A DNA stretch of 64,000 nucleotides, from the NCBI GenBank assembly GCA_026395965.1, contig JAPLXS010000012.1:36116-100115 (forward strand). The letters run 5' to 3'. The position numbers and the translations under genes are program-made. The DNA is from Candidatus Nomurabacteria bacterium. GTDB taxonomy: Bacteria; Patescibacteriota; Minisyncoccia; Phycocordibacterales; UBA9973. Of this stretch, positions 1 to 9,943 are shown piece after piece; position 1 is the stretch's first letter, and each line of letters begins with the position of its first letter. The notes under the pieces are model-generated. The model ran no database searches and was not told where the DNA came from. It saw nothing but the letters and a program-made list of their open reading frames with translations.

Positions 1-1
1 T

Positions 2-118
2 ATGTTTTGGTTATATGGTGTATGTTGTTTGATGGTTGCGCTTGCAGGAATAATATCTTTTGCAAGTTTTTTTGAAAAAACAAAAACAGAAACAACAAAA
101 AATGATGTTCCTATTTAG
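2..118 (+). CDS. 3' end of a hypothetical membrane protein (probably partial)
   Basis: Open frame MFWLYGVCCLMVALAGIISFASFFEK...PI* ending at TAG 116-118, followed by a hairpin. Confidence 0.45.
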   Translation: MFWLYGVCCLMVALAGIISFASFFEKTKTETTKNDVPI

Positions 119-141
119 CTATCTTTAAAAAAGAAAAAATC

Positions 142-178
142 AAAATACCTAGAAATATAAAATATTTCTAGGTATTTT
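142..178. terminator. Bidirectional intrinsic terminator
   Basis: AAAATACCTAGAAATAT...ATATTTCTAGGTATTTT inverted repeat between convergent genes. Confidence 0.65.
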
Positions 179-200
179 TTAATTTCAGATGATTTGAAAA

Positions 201-1136
201 TTATTCAACGATTGCACTCATTTCATGATTGAATGCTTTTGAAGCTTGTACTATATATTGAGCTATATTCTTTTTGAAATATGGTTCATGTTGTTTTTGT
301 ATTTTAGATATTACATAGTATCCTATTGCCATCATGGTTACATAATCTGCGTTTTCTGGTAGTGGTATATAGAGTCTGTTTTGGGGATCACCATAGGTAT
401 CATTTTTATCACCAAAACTTATAAATAGTTCATTTGCAGGAACTACAGTTACTGCATGCTTCATATACTCTGTCGTCTCTACATCGTGAGCTATTATTCT
501 ACCAAATAATTCTATAAATTTAACTTGTAACATTCTAATTATTCCAGAAAATTTTGTAGGAACTATAAGAAAATATTTTTCATATTTTGAAAAAAATGTC
601 ATATCTATGGTATCAATATTTTTTTCTATAAAATTTTGAATATCAGATGTGTTTTCATGTGTTTTACCAAGAATCATCCCCATATAGGTAGATGTATTGT
701 ATGTATATGGTTCTCTATTTTTGGGAAATATAAATACATCTTTACTATCTACAAATTTTATCGCTTCTGCATCTTTGTTGTTTGTAATAAGTACTACACG
801 TTTTCCTAGCTCTTTTGCACGCTTTGCTATAATAGGTGCATGTTTTCCACCTGATGCAGAAATAACTATTACACTATCTATAGTTTTTATGTTTTCTAGT
901 TTTTGTTCATAGTTACTCTCAGAAGCAAATATTGCATCTTTTTCTTCAAATATAATCCTACCAGTAGCTTCTGCATTACCAGATCCTATAATCAGAGGAT
1001 GGTGGTATTCATCTAGATTTATTTTTGGTAATTCTTCTTTTTGGAAAAGTTCCAAAGCTCCTAAAACAACTATATCCAAATCAGGGATATTTTCTAGATC
1101 GAAACTTTTTAATATTTCTATATTTTTTGTATTCAT
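201..1136 (-). CDS. SIS-domain sugar-phosphate isomerase-like protein
   Basis: IIGSGNA and VISASGG SIS-type phosphosugar-binding motifs; directly downstream of zwf-gnd; start moved to MNTKNIE. Confidence 0.65.
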   Translation of the reverse strand: MNTKNIEILKSFDLENIPDLDIVVLGALELFQKEELPKINLDEYHHPLIIGSGNAEATGRIIFEEKDAIFASESNYEQKLENIKTIDSVIVISASGGKHAPIIAKRAKELGKRVVLITNNKDAEAIKFVDSKDVFIFPKNREPYTYNTSTYMGMILGKTHENTSDIQNFIEKNIDTIDMTFFSKYEKYFLIVPTKFSGIIRMLQVKFIELFGRIIAHDVETTEYMKHAVTVVPANELFISFGDKNDTYGDPQNRLYIPLPENADYVTMMAIGYYVISKIQKQHEPYFKKNIAQYIVQASKAFNHEMSAIVE

Positions 1137-1137
1137 A

Positions 1138-3528
1138 TTATTTATTTTCTTTGTTATTAATATTTGAAATATGTCCTCCAAATTGGTGTCTCATAGCAGA
1201 AAGAACTCGTCCAGTAAATGATGGATTTTCTTTTGATTTTTTTCTAAACTCTAGTGACCCTTCAATGATGGGGACAGATACATTTAATTCTTTTGCTGCA
1301 TCTACTGTCCATTGTCCTTCTCCACTGTGCGCTACTACAGGTGAACAAGATTCTTCATCTTCTAGATTTTCACCAAATTTAGCAAATGCTTCAGACAACC
1401 ATCCAACTAGACTCGATGATACAACTGAACCATGGTTATATATATTGGTTATAGAAAGCATATTTAAAGAAAAAGGGGATTTCTTTAAAACTTCAAATCC
1501 TTCAGCTATAGATTGCATCATTCCGTATTCAATACCATTGTGTACCATTTTAACAAAATGACCTGCACCAGATTTACCCATATATCCATAGCCATCTTTT
1601 ACTGACATATCTCTAAACAGATTCTCGTATTTTTTATATAGCTCTGGTTCACCGCCTACCATAGTACAAGCTCCTTCTAGTGCTCCACCTGGCCCACCAG
1701 ATACACCAACGTCCAAAAAGTTGATTCCAACTTCTGATAGTTTAATTCCTCTTCGTATAGATTCCTTGTAGGGAGAATTTCCTCCGTCTATTATAGTATC
1801 TCCTTTTTCTAGTAGGGGAATAAGTGAGTCGATAACAGCATCTACTGCCTGATGAGGAACCATGAGCCATACACTACGAGGTACAGTGAGCTTGCTTACA
1901 AATTCATTGAGTGAGTATGCTCCTTGTATTCCCTCAGATTCGAGTTGTTTTGTGGCAGATTCTTCTTGATTGTATCCTATTACATTCCAATTTTTTGAAT
2001 GTAATAGTCTAGCAATATTGGCGCCCATTTTACCTAAACCAATGATTCCTATTTCTCCTGCAATTTCTTTTTTTAATTCATTTACTGTTTCTGTTTTTAT
2101 ATTCTTTGATTCTAGTAGTATATTTGGCTCGTATTCTTTTAAGGGAACAAGATTTTCTGCCCAACCTTTTAAGATAGGGTCAGTAAATTTCCATGAAGAT
2201 ATTACCTCATCAGAAGAAATAAATAGTGTTTGGTTTCCTTCCATTGCAGTATAAATAATTTTGGCATATTCTTCTATGTATTGAACTTTTGTTTCTTTTT
2301 CATAAAGGAAAAATGACAAAACACGTTCCTCTATAACTTGGTCGAAACCAGGTTTTTTTGTCCAGAAATTTATAGTGACTTCATCATTTGGTTCAAGTCT
2401 AAAAATTATTCTATTCGGAGTGTGTTTTCCATCTTCACACAAAAGACATACTTGTGGGTTTTTTAGAGTTAAAACTATTTCTTTTTGTGATTTTCCAGTA
2501 GATTTACCAGCTTCCATAAATATTGGAATACCTTTCCATCTAGGATGCAAAAGTTCTGTTTTAAGTAGGAAATATGTTTCAGTTGTAGAATTTGGATTTA
2601 CGCCCTTAACATTTTTGTAACCTTTATATTGTGATCTAAAAGTATTTTTACGTATAGATTCATCTGTCCAACTACTAAGTGCTTTCAAAATCAATGCTCT
2701 GTTTTCACGAACAGAAGAAACTCCCATTTCTATAGGATATTCAGAGGTTATAGCTGCAAGCATTGTCAAAATATGGTTTTGTCCAACATCACGAAGAGCT
2801 CCTACTGAGTCATAGAAGCTACCTCTGTCTTCTACTCCTATAGACTCTAACAGTCTTATATCTATTTTTTCTATCATGGTGTTGTCCCATGTGTTTTCAA
2901 AAAGATTATTTGAAAAACGAAAATTTTCTATTCCTTGAATTATTTCTTTAAAAAGATAGTGATCGATTCTATATATTTGTTCTTCTTTAAAATATAGAGA
3001 AAGAAGAGCTTGAAGTTTCTCAGCACTCGCAAGATCTGTGCCAAAGGGTTTTTCTATTAGTATACGGCTCCATCCTAAATCTCCTCCACATGGAATATTT
3101 AATTTTACAGAAGCAAGATTTTCAAAAATATTGGCATAAGCAGATGGCGGTACCGCTAGGTAGTAGAGTTTGTTTGCACAGATACTCCAATTGTTTTCTA
3201 TTTCTGTTATATGCTTAGAAAGGGAATTGTATGATTCTATGTCTTCAAATGTCCCAGCTTCATAAGAAAAAATTTTGAAAAATGACTCAAAATCTTTCTC
3301 ATCAATTTTCGTATCTATGTGTTTATCCAATGAACTAATGATCAAATGCCTTAATTCATCACTAGTAAGCTCTCTTCTTGAAAATCCTATAATTGCAAGG
3401 TGTGTAGGTAAACGATTATGAATAAAAAGATGCCAAAGAGATGGAATTATTTTTTTTGCTGCTAGGTCTCCAGTTATTCCAAAGATGGTAAATATTGAAG
3501 GTATATTGTTTATGGCTTTTTTATTCAT
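1138..3528 (-). CDS. zwf: Fused glucose-6-phosphate dehydrogenase / short-type 6-phosphogluconate dehydrogenase
   Basis: N-part GITGDLA, IEKPFG, RIDHYL, RDVGQNH; C-part GLGKMG, IDGGNS, GVSGG, KMVHNGIEYG, SGEGQWT, AMRHQFGGH. Confidence 0.93.
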   Translation of the reverse strand: MNKKAINNIPSIFTIFGITGDLAAKKIIPSLWHLFIHNRLPTHLAIIGFSRRELTSDELRHLIISSLDKHIDTKIDEKDFESFFKIFSYEAGTFEDIESYNSLSKHITEIENNWSICANKLYYLAVPPSAYANIFENLASVKLNIPCGGDLGWSRILIEKPFGTDLASAEKLQALLSLYFKEEQIYRIDHYLFKEIIQGIENFRFSNNLFENTWDNTMIEKIDIRLLESIGVEDRGSFYDSVGALRDVGQNHILTMLAAITSEYPIEMGVSSVRENRALILKALSSWTDESIRKNTFRSQYKGYKNVKGVNPNSTTETYFLLKTELLHPRWKGIPIFMEAGKSTGKSQKEIVLTLKNPQVCLLCEDGKHTPNRIIFRLEPNDEVTINFWTKKPGFDQVIEERVLSFFLYEKETKVQYIEEYAKIIYTAMEGNQTLFISSDEVISSWKFTDPILKGWAENLVPLKEYEPNILLESKNIKTETVNELKKEIAGEIGIIGLGKMGANIARLLHSKNWNVIGYNQEESATKQLESEGIQGAYSLNEFVSKLTVPRSVWLMVPHQAVDAVIDSLIPLLEKGDTIIDGGNSPYKESIRRGIKLSEVGINFLDVGVSGGPGGALEGACTMVGGEPELYKKYENLFRDMSVKDGYGYMGKSGAGHFVKMVHNGIEYGMMQSIAEGFEVLKKSPFSLNMLSITNIYNHGSVVSSSLVGWLSEAFAKFGENLEDEESCSPVVAHSGEGQWTVDAAKELNVSVPIIEGSLEFRKKSKENPSFTGRVLSAMRHQFGGHISNINNKENK

Positions 3529-3775
3529 TTTTTATAATAAGTTATTTATAATGTTTAATAATTGTATCATTTGCACAAAATTCTACAAAAGAATTATATA
3601 CCATAAAGCATAACATCGATTTATGAACATTTGATGAATGTATTTTTACTTAAAATAGTAATTTTTAAAATTTTATGCTGATTTTTGGGTTTTATTAAAA
3701 GTAATTTGTAATATTTCGTTTATTTAATAAAGCTCCAATAGATGGAGCTTTTTATTTGTATAATTATTTTAATGT

Positions 3776-4291
3776 TTAATATGACATTCCAATTTCAAAG
3801 CCAGGAAGCATATATGTATCTGTAGTTTCTAGACTGGCTACTACTAACATATAATTTGTTGGATCATCTCGTTTTGGGTTATAAACATATTCATATCTAA
3901 AAAGTCGTATGTAAGAACTTCCATCTGGGGATGTTAATTCTGAAGTTTTATTACAAGAACTTCCACATGGGTCTACTGGTAGATTTTTCATATAGGGTTT
4001 AAGTGCTGTTTCCAACTCTGCCCAAGTGTTTGATCCTCCATCATCAGACCAAGCAAAACAAGCATTAGATAACCAATCACATCCATCAAAATCCGGTGCA
4101 TGACCATTAGCAGATACGTACAGAGCTACCGCATTATTGATTTCATTGATATCTCTCATTCTTCTTGCGTCACGAGCTTTAGCACGAGCAGAGTTGAGAG
4201 CTGCCAATATGACTGAGGATAGTATACCAATGATGGCTATGACCACTAGGAGTTCGATGAGGGTGAAGCCTTGGTTTTTCTTATTTATCAT
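3776..4291 (-). CDS. Type IV pilin-like protein
   Basis: G/FTLIELLVVIAIIGILSSVIL prepilin N-methylation motif followed by ARAKARDARR. Confidence 0.9.
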   Translation of the reverse strand: MINKKNQGFTLIELLVVIAIIGILSSVILAALNSARAKARDARRMRDINEINNAVALYVSANGHAPDFDGCDWLSNACFAWSDDGGSNTWAELETALKPYMKNLPVDPCGSSCNKTSELTSPDGSSYIRLFRYEYVYNPKRDDPTNYMLVVASLETTDTYMLPGFEIGMSY

Positions 4292-4373
4292 ACATTCAAT
4301 TTTAACATTTATTTTTTACACTAACAATTGATATTTGATTATTAATATAATAATAAAAATCGAAAATATGCAA

Positions 4374-5501
4374 TTAATTTTTTGTAGCGGTATTCTCTAC
4401 TAAGTATTTTTTAATATTTAGTTGGTGCTCCTCGTACGTAACGGAGCAATGTGTAATATGATTTTTGTCATGAATGTAATACAAACAATCCGTAGTTTCT
4501 GGGTGAAGTACAGCTTCTATGGCTGGTACACCAGGATTCGAGATAGGGTGAGGAGGAAGACCTTTATATTTATATGTATTAAATGGTGAGTCGGTTTGTT
4601 TGTCAGATATTGAGATAGGGTACCACCATCCTTTACCTGTATCTCCTCGTGTGTATTGCAGTGTTGCATCTACTCCGAGTGCCATGTTTTGGTTTAATCT
4701 ATTCCACAAAATACCAGCTATAAGTGCCATATCTTTATCGCCAGATGCTTCTCTTTGGACAATAGATGCCAGAGTGAGAGCTCTAGTCCATTTTATATTT
4801 TTTGTTGTGAATTGAGGTAAATATGGATAAAAATTTTCATTAAATTTTGCGATGAGACGTTTCGCTACAAGTGCAGGTTCCTCTATAACTGGTATTAGAT
4901 ATGTATCAGGATAATAAACTCCTTCTGTATATTCAGGACTGATCGTTGTATCAATTGTCACCCAATTACTTTTTTGCTTGGAAGTCCATCCTAAGGCATT
5001 TGCTAGTATCGTTGCAATTTCTTCTTTTCTCAATCCTTCTTTTATTACAACCCATTTCATATATGGCTTTGTATGAAGAACTTTATTTATTTGAGATGCG
5101 TTCATTGTTTTAGATAACTTGTATGCACCAGGTGTAACTGCAACTTTTTGTTTTTCAAGTGATGCTAAAAAACCCTTAGTATCAGTTATAAATTCGCCTT
5201 TATTTAGATTTTCTACTATTTTATCATTGGTATCATCGAGAGATACATTGAAGCGGTCAGTTCCTTCGGGTAAAACTTCCTCTGGAGGGGGAATACTAGC
5301 TTCTTTTTTGGGTACTAAAACTACTGGTTCTTTAACATTGGGAATATCTGTTTCTTTTGATATTTGAGTATTTGGCATGCTTTCTTGTTTTATATTTATA
5401 TCTGTTGTTTTGTGTAATTTAGGGTACAAGAAATACCAACCAGCTGAAAAAAGTATTGCAATAATGATTCCTATTAAAATATTTTTTGATAATGTTTGCA
5501 T
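4374..5501 (-). CDS. mltG: Endolytic transglycosylase MltG (YceG family)
   Basis: N-terminal TM; EGVYYPDTY, LASIVQRE, NRL, DSPFNTYKYKGLPPHPISNPG. Confidence 0.9.
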   Translation of the reverse strand: MQTLSKNILIGIIIAILFSAGWYFLYPKLHKTTDINIKQESMPNTQISKETDIPNVKEPVVLVPKKEASIPPPEEVLPEGTDRFNVSLDDTNDKIVENLNKGEFITDTKGFLASLEKQKVAVTPGAYKLSKTMNASQINKVLHTKPYMKWVVIKEGLRKEEIATILANALGWTSKQKSNWVTIDTTISPEYTEGVYYPDTYLIPVIEEPALVAKRLIAKFNENFYPYLPQFTTKNIKWTRALTLASIVQREASGDKDMALIAGILWNRLNQNMALGVDATLQYTRGDTGKGWWYPISISDKQTDSPFNTYKYKGLPPHPISNPGVPAIEAVLHPETTDCLYYIHDKNHITHCSVTYEEHQLNIKKYLVENTATKN

Positions 5502-5583
5502 ATATCTAGTATAACAATTAAACATTTATTATGAAATAATAAAAAACCCCATACATAGTACGGGGTAGAGATTTGTAAAACCT

Positions 5584-6168
5584 CTAAAACTTTTTAGAAC
5601 ACTCTTTAAGTATTGAAAGTTGTTTAAGTATTCCTTTTGTGTGCGTAAGAACAAAATTTCCAGCTTGATAGTCGTTTATACAATGCCAAGTAGAAATATA
5701 ACCTTCTCCAAATTTAGCTTTTCGAGATAGTCCGCTGTTCTCTGCTTCAAATTTTTGTTGATTTTTAAGCCAATATGAAGCTGATTTTGTGTGAATTCCA
5801 TAAATATCTCCAAGAAATACTTTTTTAGGAGTAACTTTTTCTCCTGTCTGTGTACGGTTGAAACCAAAAGGATTTCTGCCGGATTCTTCGAAATGTTTCT
5901 GTAATACCTTAAGTGCATGTATCGTCTGATTAAGTTGGCCATAATTTTTCTTTTCCAATTTCAGTATTATTTTACTGAAACCACTTTTGTCATGAAAAGG
6001 AGAAATGACTTTGAATAATCTAACGATAGCCTCGACCCTGTTTTTCATTTTTGAAATTTCTTCCATTTCTTTTTCTAGAAAAGAAAGATCATTTTGAATA
6101 AGATTAAGGTCGTTTGCTACAGGTTTGAAAATTGAATTAAATATTTTAAATATTTTACTTGCTTTCAT
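5584..6168 (-). CDS. Hypothetical protein
   Basis: 194-aa ORF with its own promoter and terminator; no recognisable motif. Confidence 0.7.
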   Translation of the reverse strand: MKASKIFKIFNSIFKPVANDLNLIQNDLSFLEKEMEEISKMKNRVEAIVRLFKVISPFHDKSGFSKIILKLEKKNYGQLNQTIHALKVLQKHFEESGRNPFGFNRTQTGEKVTPKKVFLGDIYGIHTKSASYWLKNQQKFEAENSGLSRKAKFGEGYISTWHCINDYQAGNFVLTHTKGILKQLSILKECSKKF

Positions 6169-6289
6169 TTTATTTGGTTTTAATTGTTAAATTGTTTATT
6201 GAGTTATCTTAATCTCTATAAAGAAACTAAGATAACTCAATAAATATATAGCAATATTGCCAAAATGTATTAAAGAACTATCTGTTTAA

Positions 6290-6318
6290 ATGATAGCATA
6301 AATATACCCATTTGTCAA
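6290..6318 (-). promoter_or_regulatory. Sigma70 promoter TTGACA-17-TATCAT with extended -10
   Basis: Consensus match upstream of 5584..6168. Confidence 0.7.
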
Positions 6319-6362
6319 TTTTAAAAAAAGATTATATATACAAAATTTGATATAATATAATC

Positions 6363-6722
6363 ATGAATAAAGAACTAACACCAGAAGAAAAGAGAGTAAT
6401 AATAGACAAGGGTACCGAGGCACCTTTTATAGGCGAGTACATAAACAATAAAGCGACGGGCGTGTATGTATGCAAGCAGTGCGGTAACCCTCTATACAAT
6501 TCCAAAGATAAATTTGAGTCAACTTGCGGATGGCCAAGTTTTGATAGTGAAATAGAAGGTGCTGTTTCTAGGAGTATAGATATAGATGGCGCGCGTACAG
6601 AGATAACTTGTGCCAAATGTGGAGGGCACCTAGGGCATGTATTTAAAGGCGAACATTTAACAGATAAAAATATACGACATTGTGTGAATTCCATATCAAT
6701 GAAGTTTATTGAAGGAAAATAA
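6363..6722 (+). CDS. msrB: Methionine-R-sulfoxide reductase
   Basis: GTEAPF, Cxx[35 protein letters not shown]. Confidence 0.96.
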   Translation: MNKELTPEEKRVIIDKGTEAPFIGEYINNKATGVYVCKQCGNPLYNSKDKFESTCGWPSFDSEIEGAVSRSIDIDGARTEITCAKCGGHLGHVFKGEHLTDKNIRHCVNSISMKFIEGK

Positions 6723-6724
6723 TT

Positions 6725-7210
6725 ATGACAAAGAAAATAGTATTGGCAGGTGGATGTTTTTGGGGGCTACAAGAACTCATAAGAACTCAAGAGGGTGTAG
6801 TAGAAACACGAGTGGGATACACTGGTGGTGAAGTAGAGAATCCTACATATGAAAATCACAAAGGCCACGCAGAAGCAGTAGAGATATCTTATGATGACTC
6901 CAAAACCTCATATAAGAAATTATTAGACTTTTTCTTTCAAATACACAATCCGACTACACTAAACCAGCAAGGTAACGACAAAGGCACTTCATATCGATCA
7001 GCTATATTTTATGGTAGTGAGATAGAGTTAAAAGAAGCCAAAGATTTTATTGATATTGTAAATATGTCTAAGCGATGGGGTAATCCTGTAGTCACTACAT
7101 TAGAACCCTTAGGAGTATTTTATCCTGCCGAAGATTATCATCAAGATTATTTACAAAAGAATCCGGGTGGATACACTTGCCACGCTATATACTTTGATAG
7201 CTATTTATAG
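6725..7210 (+). CDS. msrA: Methionine-S-sulfoxide reductase
   Basis: [32 protein letters not shown]. Confidence 0.96.
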   Translation: MTKKIVLAGGCFWGLQELIRTQEGVVETRVGYTGGEVENPTYENHKGHAEAVEISYDDSKTSYKKLLDFFFQIHNPTTLNQQGNDKGTSYRSAIFYGSEIELKEAKDFIDIVNMSKRWGNPVVTTLEPLGVFYPAEDYHQDYLQKNPGGYTCHAIYFDSYL

Positions 7211-7254
7211 ATAAAAATGGCAAAAATAATTTATAATTAATTTGAAATAAAAAA

Positions 7255-8043
7255 ATGGAAAAAAATTTAATGCCACTTTTGTTTATCGGTCACGGAAGTC
7301 CAATGAATGCAATAGAAGACAATGAATTTACTAAAAACTTTGTTCGAGTAGCAAAAGAGATTGAAAGACCTAAAGCTATTGTATGTATTTCAGCTCATTG
7401 GTTTACAAATGGAACAAAAGTTACAGCTATGGAAAAACCGAAAACAATTCATGATTTTTTTGGTTTTCCGCAAGAACTTTACCATATAGATTATCCCGCA
7501 AACGGAGACATAGAACTTGCAAATGAGATAAAAAATCTATTTTCTCCTGTGAGTGTAGAGCTAAACAATGATTGGGGATTGGATCATGGTACATGGTCAA
7601 TTTTGAGACATATGTATCCAGATGCAGATATCCCTGTAGTACAGATTAGTATAGATTACAATGAGCATACACAGTATCATTTTGATTTATCCAAAAAGTT
7701 ATCTTCTTTGAGGTCAAAAGGTATTCTTATTATCGGTAGTGGAAATATTGTTCACAATTTGGGTAAAATAGATTTCAAAAATATCGAAACCAGCGACTAT
7801 GGGTATGATTGGGCAAAAAGTGCACAAAATAATGTGGATGCCAGTATAGTGAGTGGAGATTTCAATTTTTTAATTGATTACAAAAAAGATGGCAATGATC
7901 TAAACATGGCAATCCCAACACCAGAACATTTTTTACCCCTTATTTATATTTTAGGATTAAAAGAAGAAAATGAAAAAATTGAATTTTTTAATAATGTTTT
8001 AGTTGGTGGTTCTATAAGTATGACTTCATTAAAAATTTCATAA
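7255..8043 (+). CDS. ygiD: 4,5-DOPA dioxygenase extradiol (LigB/YgiD family)
   Basis: GHGSPMN, ISAHW, GLDHGTW, GSGNIVHNL, PTPEHFLP. Confidence 0.88.
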   Translation: MEKNLMPLLFIGHGSPMNAIEDNEFTKNFVRVAKEIERPKAIVCISAHWFTNGTKVTAMEKPKTIHDFFGFPQELYHIDYPANGDIELANEIKNLFSPVSVELNNDWGLDHGTWSILRHMYPDADIPVVQISIDYNEHTQYHFDLSKKLSSLRSKGILIIGSGNIVHNLGKIDFKNIETSDYGYDWAKSAQNNVDASIVSGDFNFLIDYKKDGNDLNMAIPTPEHFLPLIYILGLKEENEKIEFFNNVLVGGSISMTSLKIS

Positions 8044-8118
8044 TATAATACCAATATTAAAATACAAATAAAAAAGGCTTATCATAAATGATAAGCCTTT
8101 AAATGTTTTATGGATAAA

Positions 8119-8523
8119 TTATTTAAACTCAATCAGTAAACCTTTTTTAAATTCATAAAAAAGAGATAGAACAAGATTAAAAAATACACCACATAGTAAA
8201 CCAAAATAAATACCGCTAAGGAAATCAACTTTGTAAATAAAGAATGAAATAACACCAATAGGGATACCCATAATTAATCCAACGATAAGACCATTGGTGA
8301 GACCATTGACTGTCGAGAATACAAGACCTCCTTTATTAAATCTTTTTAACCTTCTTTTTACGCTTATTGCTAGGCATATATCTAGATTGATTAAAATATA
8401 TGAAGCAATAGGTACCCACATCAATTCTAGGTTTTCAAACGTGGTTTTTCCTGGACTGAGTCCTAGTATCTCCTTAAAGGAGGGTAATAGGTAGTCTGTG
8501 CACATCCAGTAAGTGAGCCACAT
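8119..8523 (-). CDS. Hypothetical membrane protein, paralog of 9288..9764; true N-terminus uncertain
   Basis: Shares YLLPxFxEILxLxP and PIxxYILI with 9288..9764; frame stays open upstream to an A17 run. Confidence 0.65.
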   Translation of the reverse strand: MWLTYWMCTDYLLPSFKEILGLSPGKTTFENLELMWVPIASYILINLDICLAISVKRRLKRFNKGGLVFSTVNGLTNGLIVGLIMGIPIGVISFFIYKVDFLSGIYFGLLCGVFFNLVLSLFYEFKKGLLIEFK

Positions 8524-8791
8524 AGCAGCGATAAAAAATATTAATGTTACAATACTTCTTCTTTTTGAAATTGCTACATTGGTAGTAGCTGAAAATTTTT
8601 TTTTTTTTTTTTATTTATTTAAATAAGTTTGTTTAAAGACATAATACATTAAATATTATTAATGTCAATTATATATGAATTAACCACAATAGTTATTTTA
8701 ATATTCACAAAGGTAAATTAAACAAAAGAAAGGCCTACAATATGTAGGCCTAATGGATTTTATTTTTTAATCATAAATTAAGTTAAAAAAT

Positions 8792-9052
8792 TTATTTTAT
8801 TGTTGCCATGCTGGTTAAAAAATAAGCAGCAGTGTAAACAATAGATAAAATTAAAATTGTTTTGACTGTAAATCGTTTTTCTCTTTCTATGTAGAAAATT
8901 ACAAATACTCCTAAAATAAGCGGCACCCAATCAAAGATTTTGAATAGTATAGAGTAGTGACTTTGTGCAAATCCTGGAACATTTTTTAATACTGTAAAGA
9001 TACCAGAAGTAGCAATAAGAAAAAAACCGACTAGAGATAATAAATTTTTCAT
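8792..9052 (-). CDS. Hypothetical 3-TM membrane protein
   Basis: Hydrophobic ORF from MKNLLSL with own promoter, leader hairpin and terminator. Confidence 0.65.
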   Translation of the reverse strand: MKNLLSLVGFFLIATSGIFTVLKNVPGFAQSHYSILFKIFDWVPLILGVFVIFYIEREKRFTVKTILILSIVYTAAYFLTSMATIK

Positions 9053-9287
9053 TTTTTGTTTGATTTTAAAATTAATAATATTTATTAGAATTTCTCTATT
9101 CCTCTGCAATAGGGGAACAAAGAAATTCCAATAAATATTTCTAAAATCAAAATATCAAAGAACTAAATAACTGAAAAATAGTATCTCATAATTAAGTAAA
9201 TTTGTCAAGTTATAAAAAGGGTAGGAATTTACTTGCTATACAAATAAAAAAGCTCATCATTTCGATGAGCTTTTGTTGGGTTTGTGA

Positions 9288-9764
9288 TCATTTTCTTTTT
9301 AACAATATATATATGAGCAAAATACTAGCAGCGCATACTTGAGCACATATAAATACTAGACAAAGCAATAAACCATATATTAGACCCAATATGAAACTAA
9401 ATTGACCAAAAAGAAAACAATTAAAGACAACAATCAGAATAATAATTATATTAATATATAGATTCACAATAAATAATTTATATTTAAAAGAATTAATAAA
9501 ATCATATTCTTTATGTTTTTTTAAATTATTTTCTAGTATTTTAATTGTTAAAAATGCATACCATATAATTAAAATATAGGTTGTAATTGGCGTCAATATC
9601 AACCAGACTTGATTAATATTAATGGATTCAGGTTTTAATTTAAGTATTTCATTAAACCCAGGCAATAAATACCCGATGTATAAGTAGTAAGTAAATATAC
9701 TTGTTACCAAAGTATTTATTAACCATAATTGTTTTTTAGTAATTTTTCCGATTTTATTTTCCAT
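9288..9764 (-). CDS. Hypothetical multi-TM membrane protein
   Basis: About 4 hydrophobic segments; paralog of 8119..8523. Confidence 0.65.
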   Translation of the reverse strand: MENKIGKITKKQLWLINTLVTSIFTYYLYIGYLLPGFNEILKLKPESININQVWLILTPITTYILIIWYAFLTIKILENNLKKHKEYDFINSFKYKLFIVNLYINIIIILIVVFNCFLFGQFSFILGLIYGLLLCLVFICAQVCAASILLIYILLKRK

Positions 9765-9870
9765 TCTTCAGTTATTTAATTGTTATATTTCAAAGTATTT
9801 TTTTTCATACTAACATGAAAAGTACAGCATGTAAATGGTTAGTGGCATGCGCATACACTATAGCAATTCA

Positions 9871-9898
9871 TTGACAAATTGTAAAAATATGCTATTAT
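9871..9898 (+). promoter_or_regulatory. Sigma70 promoter TTGACA...TGcTATTAT
   Basis: Consensus match upstream of 9944. Confidence 0.65.
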
Positions 9899-9943
9899 AA
9901 AAATAAATAAATTGCTCATCGTCATTAATTAAAACTTGAAAAA

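Noticed and set aside
6332-6694. Antisense ORFs inside known genes (also 1025..1561, 26181..26723, 32745..33173, 38763..39269 and others)
   Set aside because: These are shadow frames opposite well-supported genes.
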